A stretch of DNA of 64,000 nt from positions 33,294,001 through 33,358,000 of the forward strand of contig OX597821.1 in assembly GCA_951406725.2 (NCBI GenBank), read 5' to 3'. Below the pieces are notes generated by a model. It did not search any database and had not been told where the DNA came from. It worked only from the letters and a program-made list of their open reading frames with translations. The DNA is from Octopus vulgaris (taxonomy: Eukaryota). Below are positions 13,738 through 27,314 of this stretch, piece after piece (position 1 is the stretch's first letter; every line of letters starts with the position of its first letter). The translations under genes and the position numbers were made by a program.

Positions 13738-13819
13738 ATACATGCACACAGCATTATGTATACACTCAGTATTATGTATACATAAACATACACACATAAA
13801 CACATCATCTGGAACTGTA

Positions 13820-14371
13820 CAGGGTTATTCAAAAAGAAAGAGCAGATTTTAAATTTATTTTTAAAACAAACGGTAAGAGACATAAACACATTCTACGTAT
13901 TTCTTGATAGGGGAAGGTTTAAAGTTTATTTTAAGGTAATATACATTCAACATGAGCATTGGTGCTTTTTCCTTTGCAAATGCAACTTTTTCTGTGAAAT
14001 TTTTATGCCATTCATAAATCTGTTTATGGTGAGGTGTATTTTTATTGAATTGGTGGCAAAATTCACGTTGCACTTGCACAATCGATTCGCATTTCTCAAA
14101 CTGCAGCACACAAAAAGACCATTCTTGTGGCGTCACCATTTTCTAAGGGATTACACAAATGAAAATTATACAAGTTTAAATAAAATGAACAAAATGAAGC
14201 ATTAAAACAAAATTAAAATATTATTTTATTTAAGGTTTAATTCAATTGATCATGTTCAGCTATAAACTTTAAACCTTCCCCTATCAAGAAATAGGTGGAA
14301 TGAGTTTGTGTCTCTTACCGTTTGTTGTAGAAATAAATTTGAAATCTCCTCTTTCTTTTTGAATAACCCTG
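13820..14371 (-). mobile_element. Internally deleted Tc1/mariner-superfamily transposon with ~110-bp TIRs
   Basis: TA|CAGGGTTATTCAAAAAGAAAGAG ... CTCTTTCTTTTTGAATAACCCTG|TA. ORF 13861-14139 (MVTPQEWSFCVLQFEKCESIVQVQREF...) resembles the DUF4817-type N-terminal HTH of transposases. Confidence 0.85.
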
Positions 14372-15864
14372 TAAGTGCATAAACCTGATCAGAAAGAAAT
14401 GATTCAAACAATCTTTTCTCATAGTGTTGCATAAGTAACTCTTCAGTATTCTGAAGGTAGTAAAAGAGTGCTCTGATGAACATGATGTAACAGGAATCAG
14501 TTTTAATGATGTATTGAATATTAGAAGGCTTGTATCGCTTCTCAAAAATTAATTGCAACAATTGTTCAAACAGTTTTTGACCAGGAATCTTCACCTGAAT
14601 TCTACCCCACAAAAAATAAAGGGCTTTCTCCGTATTAGGAAGCAGAACTGAAGGTACCACACCCCATCTTTCCTACCTCATATTCTTATAGTTGTACATT
14701 AATCTTTTCTAATATAATCGCAAGGCCTGACATTTGAAGGAGGGGGATAGTTGATTACATTGACCCCAGTACTCAGCTGGTACTTAAATTTATCAACCCC
14801 GAAAGGATGAAAAGTAAAGTCGACCTCAATGGAATTTGAACTCAGAATGTAGCAGTGGATGAAATACCACTAAATATTTTGTCAGTGTGCTAACAATTCT
14901 TATTTCTTTATTGTTCACAAGGGGCTAAACACAGAGGGGACAAACAAGGACAGACAAACGGATTAAGTCGATTATATCGACCCCAGAGTGCAACTGGTAC
15001 TTATTTAATCGACCCCGGAAGGATGAAAGGCAAAGTCAACCTCGGCGGAATTTGAACTCAGAACGTAGCGGCAGATGGAATACTGCTAAGCATTTCACCC
15101 GGCGTGCTAGCATTTCTGCTAACTTGCCACCTTCGATTCTGCTAACAATTCTGCCAGCTTGCCACCTAAGAGTTGTACATTAATGTAAAATATAAGAATC
15201 AATGAATTAGAAATACTAAGTAGAACAAACTTAAATGGTAAAGCCAGGAGACAGTAAATGTTATTTATTTAGAACCATCAAACAAAAAATGTGAGGAATT
15301 CTCATGTTATCAAGATGAGAATAGGATGCAGAATGACTTCACTGAAGAATAATAGCAACACCAAGAGAAGATGCTAACACATTAAGCAGCAGAATGCACA
15401 CTTGTAAATAATCATCATTAGACACAGGTGTGGTTATGTGATTACTTCCCAACCCTGTGGTTTTGGGTTCAATCCTACTGCTAAGCCACTTGGATTAGTG
15501 TTTTCTACAATAGCCCCAATCCAACTTATGTTTTCTGATTGGATTTAGTAGATGGAAACTGGCAGAAACTAGTCGTATGTGTGTGTGTGAATGAGAAAAA
15601 AGAAGAAAATTGAGAAATTGATGTATAGACATCAGTTTATTCAAAGATATTCCAATCAATATAATATGAAATTTTTATCCCTACAGCTGTTTCCATACCC
15701 TATTACTTCAATTTGAAAAATTAAATTAAATTAATTTTAAATTTTGGACTTGAAAGATAGAAATTCTCCCTATTTTTTATGAGATATTTTTGAATCATGG
15801 GTACTTGAATTTTTTTTTTCTTAAAGAGGAAAATTACTATTTTATTTAAACATCACAAGAATCA

Positions 15865-16223
15865 TCTATAATAATAAACACAAAATTCCGTCTGTCCGTC
15901 TATGAGCCCTGTATGTCAGTCTACATTTGCTGATCCCATAATTGAAAATCTCCTCTTCATTTGGTTCTTCCGGCATTGGGAACAGGTCTGGGTGAGGATT
16001 TGTTATATGCTAACATTTGAAAATTCAAATTTTAAAAGAACTCTAAAAATTTATGATTTAAACTGAATTTAAACTAATATCATATTGTTAGGGTAATACC
16101 ATATTAGTAGGGCCCAATAAATTCTTTATTATTATTGCTCTCTTTAATTTTTGGCTGCAAGGCCAATTAGCCCTCTGCAGGAGCTAACTTAAAAGTCTGC
16201 ATGGACTGCAGCTTTTAAACTAG
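15865..16223 (+). mobile_element. Non-autonomous Helitron, third family
   Basis: A|TCTATAATAATAAACAC...TCCGTCTGTCCGTC; 3' hairpin CTGCA-TGGAC-TGCAG followed by CTAG|T. Confidence 0.7.
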
Positions 16224-17131
16224 TCATAAATATGCTTCAATGTGACAGGACACCTACAAAGTCAAAAGAATACTTAGTTAGTGTTCCAAGTTCCACAGAC
16301 AACTCAAAAGCCACAGGTTGGAAAATGTAATTACTAACATTATACTGATTCCATATGCTTCCTTCCTTCCCTTTAAAAAAAATTTTTTATAGATGATAGG
16401 ATGTGATATGAGGAAGATATTGCTGCTAATTCTTACATGTTGAGCTTGAGGTATGTGTATGTAGCTATAGAATTATTTATTTTATATTTTGTCATCTGAT
16501 AACTTGTTTTCCAAATTCTTTTCTAGAGGATTTATCTACAGAAAGAATTTTAAGTTTTATGTAAATGAATGAACCTAAGAACATTTGATTACAACATCTG
16601 TAAATATTTAGGAATATACATAAATTTTTTATAGAAAAATAGGTGGTGTACTTTTCAATTTTACAGTTGCCACATTCTTCTTCTTCTTCTTCTTCTTCTT
16701 CTTCTTCTTCTTCTTCTTCTTCTTCTTCTTCTTCTTCTTCTTCTTCTTCTTCTTCTTCTTCTTCTTCTAATTATTATTATTATTATTACTTACTAAGTTA
16801 TGGAGATGTAAACAAACCAATACCAGTTGTCATGTGGTGGAAAGGTTCAACACAAACACAACGATCATCATCATCATCATCATCATTTAACGTCACTTTA
16901 CCATGCTAGCATTGGCTGGACAGTTTGATAAGAACCAACAAATCAGAAGGCTGTATTGGTGGGCTTCCATACAAGTTTCAGTTTACCAAACCAAATCCAC
17001 TGGAGAAACATTGGTCAACCAGGGGCTATATAGTTAAAAACTCAGTTTATGACACTTTCAAACATCCATAGAAACTAGTTTGCAAATTTGCTGGATAACT
17101 TTTACACCTTGTAGATGGGCTCTTAAGATGG

Positions 17132-17405
17132 TTGTGGTTTGTTCCTTCTTGAGCCATCCCTGGCTCATAGGGCCGGTTTCCTGGTTTCCTTGGCATATAG
17201 GTTCCCCACGTGGACAGGACGGTGGTCCGTCGCAGGTGAGTTGCAATGAAAGAGTCAGCAGAAGTTCGCCATTACCTTCTGGCAGAGCCACGTGGAGCTT
17301 AGGTGTTTTCGCTCATAAACACACACATCGCCCAGTCTGAGATTCAAACCCACGATCCCTCGACCGCGAGTTCGCTGCTCTAACCACTAGGCCATGTGCC
17401 TCCAC
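17132..17405 (-). mobile_element. tRNA-derived SINE family C variant
   Basis: 12-bp TSD CTCTTAAGATGG. Confidence 0.88.
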
Positions 17406-18069
17406 CTCTTAAGATGGAGGATAATTGTAATTTTGTTACATGTCATATCTCTCATGTACATTATGGAATAATGGCCTATGTTTGTCTGGAATCTCCAACC
17501 AAAGCTAAAGTGGATCCTCGTCTTTTTTTTCTTCTTATTACTATGGATATTTTAAAGTGTTGTGTATTGAGTACATTCCATCATTTAATTGCATTTCATA
17601 CCAATGTGATACTGTCATCCATTATATATATATATATATATATGTGTGTATGTGTTTGCATAATAATGTGTGTGTCTGTATCATACTCATAATTGTCATT
17701 TTTATCTGCTTTATCCATTATATGTATGTGTGTGTATGTGAATGATGATCATTATTATTTTTATGCCTGCTTTTACTATTATTTGTATGTGTGTGTGTTT
17801 GTGTGTGTGCATGTGAGTTTATATATGTGTGTGTGTATGTATGTGTGTGTATGTATATGCGTGTGTGCATGTGTGTGTGTATATATATATATATTTGTGT
17901 GTGTGTGTGTGTGTGTAAATGTATATATGTGTGAGTATGTATATGTGTCTATGTGTATATGCATGTGTGCATGTGTGTGTGTATATATATATATTTGTGT
18001 GTGTGTCTAAATGTATGTATATATGTGTGTATATGTATATGTGTCTATGTGTATGTATGTGTGTGTGTA

Positions 18070-18113
<44 letters not shown>

Positions 18114-21100
18114 ATGTATATATATATAATATATATATACATATAATATATATATATATATATTTCTATATATTTGTGAGTATGTATGTATTCATATATT
18201 AGTATTATAAATCTTTGTAGTGTACCTTGCGTACATTATTAAAACCAACAACCTTGGAACGCCCAAGAATGGAATGTTTGCAACAACACATTCATAAACT
18301 TACAAAAAAAAAAATATTATAAACATGAACTTCAAACTAAAGCAATGCCAGAACTGCCATGAGCATAATTGTAGGATATTTGAATATTAACAGGGGAGAC
18401 ATTTATTAGGCTCTTAACTCTTTCTCCATTTGATATTTGTTTATGAACATATCATGACTTATAAATACTAGTGCGTGAGTGTGTCTATGAATATATGTAT
18501 GTACGTATATATACATATACATATATATACACACATATATAATATATATATAATATAATATATATATAATATAGTATATATATAATATAATATATATATA
18601 ATATAATATATATATATAAAATAATATATATATATCATCATCATCATCATCGTTTATGATGATGATGATGATGATGATATATATATATATATATATTATG
18701 TTATATATATATATATTATATTATATAATAATATATATATAAAAAGCACTCACTACACTCACGGAGTGGTTGGCGTTAGGAAGGGCATCCAGCTGTAGAA
18801 ACACTGCCAGATCAGACTGGGCCTGATGCAGCCTACTGGCTCCCCAGACTCCAGTTGAACCGTCCAACCCATGCTAGCATGGAAAACGGGCGTTAAACGA
18901 TGATGATGATGATGATGATTATATAATATATTACATAATATATGTGTTATACATTATATAATATATGTATTATATAATATATTATATAATTATATATATA
19001 TATATATATATATAATATACATATATATATATATATATTATATAATATACATATATATATATATATACATATATTATATAAAATATAACATATATTATAT
19101 AATATATTATATATTATATAATATATATTTATATGGTATATATTATATATTATATAATATATATTATATAATGTATATAATATATATATAATATAAATAT
19201 AGTTACAAATTGAGATAGGGGTTGTAAATGCAACCCTCTATGGGATAACGTATATCCAATATACTGCTAGTGAAGTACCCAACAAAGTTAATACATAAAT
19301 GTTAATGATTGCGATGCAATCAATTCATTTACTGTATTATATGGGCAAAGGTAAAATGATTTACCACAAATTACTAATACAAGATAAGAAAATGGAGAAA
19401 TACATCTAAATCAAATATCAATTACCAGATAATACTCAATCACATACTTTATTAAACCACAACATAAGAGACTGTAGGGTTAAATATAAAAAGCAGAACA
19501 AATCAGTGTACAATACAACATTACTCTTTTATGTACACTTTTTTATGTACATTCCTTTATGCACACTGATTTGTTCTGCTTTTTATATTTAACCCTACAG
19601 TCCCTTATGTGGTGGTTTAATAAAGTATGTGATTGAGTATTATCTGGTAATTGATATTTGATTTAGATGTATTTCTCCATTTTCTTATCTTGTATAATAT
19701 AAATATATATATTTCAACAAAAAGAGTAACAATATTGTTTTATATGATCCCATCACATGCATAAACCACGCTACTAATTGTTTCACACACATGGAAACCT
19801 AAGTACATTCTTGAAGAACATATACTTAGGTCTCCATGTATGTGAAACTATTAGTAGCGTGGCTTATGCATGTGATGGGATCATATAAAACAATATATAT
19901 ATATGTGTATCATCATCATCATTTAGCGTCCGTTCTCCATGCTAGCATGGGTTGGACGGTTCAACTGGGGTCTGTGAAGCTGGGAGGCTTCATCAGGCCC
20001 AGTCAGATCTGGCAGTGTTTCTACGGCTGGATGCCCTTCCTAACGCCAACCACTCCGTGAGTGTAGTGGGTGCTTTTTACGTGCCACTCGCACAGGTGCC
20101 AGACAGAGCTGGCAAACGGCCACGAACGGATGGTGCTTTTACGTGTCACCGGCACGGGGCCAGTATATATATATGTGTATATGTATATATATATGTATAT
20201 ACATGTATATATATATGTATATATATGTATATATATGTATATATATGTATATATATGTATATATATATGTATATATATGTATATATATATGTATATATAT
20301 GTATATATATGTGTATATATATGTATATATATGTGTATATATATGTATATATATATGTATATATATGTATATATATATGTATATATATATGTATATATAT
20401 ATGTATATATATATGTATATATATATGTATATATATATGTATATGTATATATATGTATGTATATGTATATATATGTATATATATGTATATATATGTATAT
20501 ATATGTATATGTATATATAGATGTGTGTGTATATATAACTTAGAATAACTTAGAAAGGTTTTGGCCAGTGTTTGCCCAGGCCATGTCTAACTTAGTAACA
20601 CCACCTGGCGATGTCTTTCAATTCAGGATTTGGGCACCAATATACATATATAGGCACAATTGTAGCTGTGTGGTAAGTAGCTTGCTTCCCAGCGATGTGA
20701 TTCTGGCTTTAGTCTCACTGTGTGGCACCTTTGGCAAGTGTCTCCTTGGGCCAACAAAAGTGTTGTGAGTGGATTTGGTTGAAGGAAACTGAAAGGAGCC
20801 CATCATATATATACATAGATATATATCACCGTGACCGACCAGGCTATCAGATGTTGCTACACATCGCTGGTCACAATGCGCTTCACATTGTTTTAGCCTT
20901 TAAATGACGCCACCCCACTGGCTAAGCAAGCAGGCCAACAGAAGAAAGAGTGAGATAAAGTTGTAGCGTAAGAGTACAGTAGGGATCACCACCATCCCCT
21001 GCTGGAGCCTCGTGGAGCTTTAGGTGTTTTCGCTCAATAAACACTCACAACGCCCGGTCTGGGAATCGAAACTGCGATCCTACGACTGCGAGTCCGCTGC

Positions 21101-21330
21101 CCTAACCACTGGGCTATTGCGCCTCCACACATAGATATGTGTATGTATATATTTATCTCTGTGTGTCTGTATTTGTCCCCTCGCCATTGCTTGACAACAG
21201 ATGTTGGTGTATTTATGTCTCTGTAACTTAGCAGTTCAGCAAAAGAGACTGATAGAATACGTAATAGGCTTACAAAGAATAAGTCCTGCAGACGATTTCT
21301 TGGACTAAATCCATCTACCACATGTGATAT

Positions 21331-21714
21331 GAAGCTTGCTTCCCAACCACATGGTTCCAGGTTTAGCTCCATTGTGTGGCACCTTGGGCCAGCGTCTTCT
21401 ACTATAGCCTCAGGCCAACCAAAGCCTTGTGAGTGGATTTGGTAGACTGCAACTGAAAAAAGCCCATCATTTATATACGTACATATACATATATATATAT
21501 TTGTGTGTGTGTCTGTCTTTGTCCCCCCACCATTGCTTGACAACCGATGTTGACATGTTTTTGTCCCTACTACTTAGTGGTTCAGCAAAAGAGACTGATA
21601 GAATAAGTACTCGGCTTACAAAGAATAAGTCCCGGGGTCAGGTTGTTCGACTAAAGGTGGTGCTCCAGCATGGCCACAGTGAAATGACTGAAACAAATAA
21701 AAGAAAAAAAGAAT
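21331..21714 (+). mobile_element. SINE family A
   Basis: Homolog; another copy at 20652-21310 is interrupted by a family C SINE (20826-21128). Confidence 0.8.
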
Positions 21715-21720
21715 ACATAC

Positions 21721-21857
<137 letters not shown>

Positions 21858-21865
21858 TATGTATG

Positions 21866-21935
<70 letters not shown>

Positions 21936-22383
21936 AGTATGTGTGGAGATAAAGAGGGAGCGAAAATATCTGAACCTAACACATGTGCATTTTTCCTTTG
22001 ACTTTTCTTTTGTCTCTGTTTTTTCCCCTTCTGTTTCCCATTTCTTTTGGTCACTCCTCCCTAGTATCAGAAGGACACTGTCTGAAGCACCATGACTTCT
22101 ACTCTATAACTTTTATTCTTTCCTTGAGCCACACCTTAATAGTATTGATAGTAATAATGAATGTAAAACTGTTAACTTGCTGAATTGGTAACATGCCAGG
22201 CAAAATGCTTAGAAGCAGTTCACCTGTCTTTATATTCTGGGTGCAAATGCCGCCAGGCTTAACTTTTCCTTTCATCCTTTTGGAGTTGATAAAATAAATA
22301 TCAGTTGGGCAGTGGAGTTGATGTAATAAACTTAGCTCCATCCCCGAAAATGCTGGCCTTGTGTCAAAATTTGAAACCAATAT

Positions 22384-22792
22384 GCGTAGGAGTGTCTGTG
22401 TGGTAAGTAGCTTGCTTACCAACAACATGGTTCCGGGTTCAGTCCCACTGTGTGGCACTTTGGGCCAGCGACTTCTACTATAGCCTCGGGCCGACCAAAT
22501 CCTTGTGAGTGGATTTGGTAGATGGAAACTGAAAGAAGCCCGTCGTATATATGTATATATATATATATATGTGTGTGTGTATGTTTGTGTCTGTGTTTGT
22601 CCCCCCAACATCGCTTGACAACCGATGCTGGTGTATTTACGTCTCCGTAACTTAGAGGTTCGGTAAAAGTAACCGATAGAATAAGTACTAGGCTTACAAA
22701 GAATAAGTCCTGGGGTCGATTTGCTCGACTAAAGGCAGTGCTCCAGCATGGCCGCAGTCAAATGACTGAAACAAGTAAAAGAGTAAAAGAGA
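22384..22792 (+). mobile_element. SINE family A
   Basis: Full-length homolog. Confidence 0.85.
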
Positions 22793-23082
22793 AACAGAGT
22801 AATATGTGTGTGTGTTTTACTTCTTTTGATTTCAGATTGGATATGTACTCAGCTAAGGATATAGAGAGCTAGAGTTTGATGTTACTAAAGGAATGTGGAT
22901 GTGCAGAAACCCTCCACTTAATGAGGCCAACTTTGGTCCCAATAGAGTAACTAGTAGCATTTGTTTTGATTTATGTGTGTTTTACATCACATTCAAACCC
23001 AGAATGTGAACATTCTGAACAGAAATACACATGCAGTTCTAAATACTAGTTATTTGTCATGTAGTTTAAGGCTTAGACTGCA

Positions 23083-23446
23083 CTAGCACTATGACCCGAC
23101 AACACTGGGTCATAGTGCTAGTGCTTGCATATACAGCTGCGTGCGTGCACACATACACGCGAGTACTGTCCAAATCTCCGACCAATCACTTACAGCTAGC
23201 TGGCATTCAATTGGCGTATCAAGTTTCGGGCATTTTGATTGGGTTTTGGATAGTAAATTCACAAAAAAGTCACTTCTATTGATTTTTTAATGGCTTTACG
23301 GGGTGACTGGGGAAATGAAAAGATGTGCACGACCACCCTTGGACGGTTTGGAATGACCATAGAAAGTGTGAGCCCTCTAACTGAAAAATTGTGGATTTGT
23401 ATAAAGGACACGCACGCAGACATTTTGCCGTTTATATATATAGAGA
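23083..23446 (-). mobile_element. Non-autonomous Helitron, family B
   Basis: On the minus strand: A|TCTCTATATATATAAACGGCA ... GACCCAGTGTTGTCGGGTCATAGTGCTAG|T. Confidence 0.75.
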
Positions 23447-23851
23447 TTACACACACACACACACATGTGTGCATGCACACACACATACACACACATGTGC
23501 GCACGCACGCACTCATACCTATATAGTTGTATAAATTCCCAAGTCAGAAATAATAGGCTTTCATATATTTGTCAACAGAGTGGGTATATTAACCAAAGTA
23601 TACAATAATTATAGATCAGTCTCAGCTGATTTCATACTGGATATTAAATAACAGGGTATTTATCTAAATGCATGAATAGACATGCTCTTTGGAGATGATA
23701 GATATAAAAAAAAATATGGCAACTAGCACATGTATTTTGATAATCACCCTGTTATCTAATATCTAGTTACCTAATACCTAGTATGATACTAATTGGCAAG
23801 CTCAGCTTAAATGGATCTCTAATTCTGTACACTTGAATATATATATATATA

Positions 23852-24487
23852 CTAGCAGTATCGCCCGGCGTTGCTCGGGTTTGTAAGGGAAATAACTATA
23901 TAAGCATTTTTAGAGAGTTATAGCCAAAAAATAGCAAAAAATGCATTAAAAATGGAAAAAATATGATGGTAAATTTTTTTTAAAATCGTTGACTCATCGT
24001 AGACATTTTTAGAGAGTTACTTCCCTTATATAATAGCGAAAAAATGCATTAAAATGTAAAAAAACGATGGTAAATTTTTTTTTAAATCGTAGACTCATGT
24101 AGACGCTTTCTTAGCCATTTCTGTTTTGGTGTCTTCAAGCCATGAAGTCGTTGTTCTAAAAGAACGCTGGTCTCCTTGACAACGCATTACGACGTTGATT
24201 TCCTTACACTCCCTTCCCCACAGGTGCAGGTGTGAGCATGGACGCCAACTCCGCCGCCATCGACACACGAAAAATTATGCATTAAAATGGAATAAAAAAT
24301 GATGTTAAATTATTTTTAAAATCGTAGACTCATCGTAGACGCGCGCTAATACTCAGACGGGCTCGATATGAATCACGACTATAAGCTACCCAAATTTGGT
24401 TAAACTGCACCGCAAAATGTGGGAGTAGTTAGGAATCTAAATCGAAGGGGACAGACACTCACACAACTACAGTTTTATATATATAGA
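23852..24487 (-). mobile_element. Non-autonomous Helitron, family A
   Basis: On the minus strand: A|TCTATATATATAAAACTG ... CCCGAGCAACGCCGGGCGATACTGCTAG|T; inserted in (TA)n. Confidence 0.88.
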
Positions 24488-24499
24488 TATACATAGCGC

Positions 24500-25098
24500 A
24501 GTAGTGGTGAGATGTGACAGCAAAGAAAAGCATACATTCACTCTCTGCATGCAATTAGACTCGGAAAGTTCGTGAGGAACCCATTGACCCAATTTGCTGA
24601 CTTTTCCGATAGCACACAGGTCTCAATGAATGGTTGAATGACCAAATCCAAGCTTCTCTGCTAGTTCCTCAACAGTTACGATGAGATTTTGTTCCACCAG
24701 GGTTTTCAGGATGTCCTTGTCGAGTTCTACAGATCTTTCAGGATGAGGCTCGTCTTCTAGGCTGTAGTTTATGGCTCGGAATTTCTGGAACCACCATTGA
24801 CACTGCCTTACGCTTATTGTCCAATCCCCATATACTGCATTAATATTTCTTGTACTTTCCGTTGCGTTGTTGTCTTTATTGAACTCATAAAGCAAAATAT
24901 GCCAAATATGCTCCTTTGTTACTTCCAATATAGCTTTGAAAAAAATAGCTGTTAAAATCGAAATGCGCTCTTCAAAACCTGCACTATGAATAAGGACAAG
25001 ATAAAATTACTACCTGCTTTTATAGCAAGTTAATATAAGTAGTTTATCCCATTCCCCTCTGACTTTTAGTTCAAGCTGTTGAAAAAACCGCATTATTA
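24500..25098 (-). pseudogene. Mariner transposase 5' fragment
   Basis: ORF 24623-24928 (EHIWHILLYEF...NINAVYGD...WFQKFR...LEDEPHPER...EELAEKLG) matches the mariner HTH. After a stop it continues with the WVPHEL motif. TIR-like TAATGCGGTTTTT near 25090. Confidence 0.88.
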
Positions 25099-25368
25099 TA
25101 TATATATACATACATACATACATACATATACACACACACTCTCTCTCTCACACACATGCACACATTTATATTCTGTTATTCTTTTATATGTTTCAGCCTT
25201 GAGGTTGTGGCCATGCTGGATCATGTGTGTGTGTGTGTGTGTGTGTCTATCTGTCTGTCTGTCTGTATGTATATATGTATATGTATGTGTGTGAACAATA
25301 ATATTTTCAACAGATGTGTTGCAAATGTATCTGATTGTTCTCAAGCTTCAGTACTGTGTGTGTGTGTA

Positions 25369-25399
<31 letters not shown>

Positions 25400-25470
25400 A
25401 TGTATGTATGTATGTATATGTATGTATGTATGTATGTGTGTATGTATGTATGTGTGTGTGTATGTATGTA

Positions 25471-25503
<33 letters not shown>

Positions 25504-25706
25504 ATGTATGTATGTATGAGTGTATGTTTACTTTATTACTAACACAAGCCACTACGGTTATTTAATGTAAAGTCTTCCTCAAATCACTCTCTCTGGCTAT
25601 TTACTCTCTTCCAAGAACATTTTCACTCACTCTTATGTGTTAGCTTCCCATACATTTTACTCATGTATCTATCAGCGTGATAGACAGAAACAAATATTAC
25701 ATCTAG

Positions 25707-25973
25707 TTTCATTTTATTCGTTGCACACTGTGTGTGTGCGTTTGCGTGTGGTGTAAACCAGACTAAGAAAAGCATTTGACACACACACCAGAATGTGAGT
25801 TTTCTGTAAATTTTGCTTAATTGGAGTTTAAATTTTAAAAACTGGACCTGGCATGACGCGATGCATTCTACTCTTAAAAATGCTAGGTAAATTGTAATTG
25901 AAGAAATCCTATATTGTAGATTTGTATAACTCCCAAAGGGAGGCAGATAAAATCTGCCTTTTATAATAAGAGA
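25707..25973 (-). mobile_element. Fourth copy of the composite-Helitron 5' module
   Basis: ~267 bp nearly identical to 28485-28751, with the TC end abutting (TA)n. Confidence 0.8.
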
Positions 25974-26250
25974 TATATATATATATATCATCATCATCAT
26001 CATCATCATTTAGTGTCCGCTTTCCATGCTAGCATGGGTTGGACGGTTCAACTGGGGTCTGTGAAGCCAGAAAGCTGCATCAGGCCCAGTCTGATCTGGC
26101 AGTGTTTCTACGGCTAGATGCCCTTCCTAACGCCAACCACTCCGTGAGTTGGTGGGTGCTTTTTACGTGCCACCCGCACAGGTGCCAGACGGAGCTGGCA
26201 AACGGCCACGGACGGATGGTGCTTTTTACGTGCCATATATATATATATAT

Positions 26251-26538
26251 GGAGGCGCAATGGCCCAGTGGTTAGGGCAGCGGACTCGCGGTTTCGATTC
26301 CCAGACCGGGCGTTGTGAGTGTTTATTGATCGAAAACACTTAAAAGCTCCATGAGGCTCCAGCATGGGGTGGTGGTGATCCCTGCTGCACTCTTACGCCA
26401 CAACCTTCTCTCACTCTTTCTTCTGTTGGCCTGCTCGCTTCGACAGCAGGATGGCGTCATTTGAAGGCTAAAACAATGCGAATCGCATTGTGAACAGCGA
26501 TGTGTAGCAACATCTGAGAGCCTGGTCGGTTATGGTGA
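26251..26538 (+). mobile_element. tRNA-derived SINE family C
   Basis: GGAGGCGCAATGGCCCAGTGG head; inverse homolog of 20826-21128. Confidence 0.8.
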
Positions 26539-26562
26539 TATATATATATATATATATATATA

Positions 26563-26953
26563 CTAGCAGTATCGCCCGGCATTGCTCGGGTTTGTAAGGG
26601 AAATAATTATATAAGCATTTTTAGAGATGTAAAGTATAATAGCCATCTCAATATGGCTAACCACAAAGGGGGAGCGGTGTTACTGTAGCTTTTTACGTTC
26701 TGAGATTTAATAATAAATTTTAGAGAGTTACTTCCCTTATATATGTCAAAAATGGATTAAAAATGGGAAAAATGGTAAATTTTTTTTTAAATCGTAGACT
26801 CATCGTAGACGCGCGCTAATACCCAGACGGTCTCGATATGAATCACGACTATAAGATACCCGGTTTTGGTTAAACTGCACCGCAAAATGTGGGAGTAGTT
26901 AGGAATCTAAATCGTAGGAGACAGACACACAACCTCACTTTTATATATAAAGA
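26563..26953 (-). mobile_element. Non-autonomous Helitron, family A (3' module of composite)
   Basis: Has its own TC 5' end (TCTTTATATATAAAAGTG) and the hairpin+CTAG 3' end; homologous to 23852-24487. Confidence 0.85.
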
Positions 26954-27020
26954 TTTCCTCTATTTACATAATATTGAGGTCTCTTTCTTTCTTTTGTTAT
27001 CTTACTGTTTTTACCAATAT

Positions 27021-27073
<53 letters not shown>

Positions 27074-27263
27074 CAGAGATGTACTTGCATAGCAAGTGAC
27101 TTGATCTGAGATCGTGTGCTGGAACGAAAACAGTTGCAGCGTTGAAGGTGTTTATAAGCCATTTAAGAAACACACAAAAACCGTTAGATTCACTTCAACA
27201 TTTAAATTTAATTTGTCAAAATATTTTCGTCGCTTTGAGACCGCGACCTGTTAGCACGATATT

Positions 27264-27314
27264 TTTGTCAGTGAACAGGTCGCGGTCTGAAAGCGACGAA
27301 AATATTTTGGCAAA
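27264..27314 (+). ncRNA. Type I hammerhead-ribozyme-like motif with G3-C8 core variant
   Basis: Stem I TTTGTCA/TGGCAAA, core GTGAACA plus an extra G, stem II GTCGC/GCGAC, GAAA, palindromic stem III AATATT, NUH=UUU. Confidence 0.6.
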
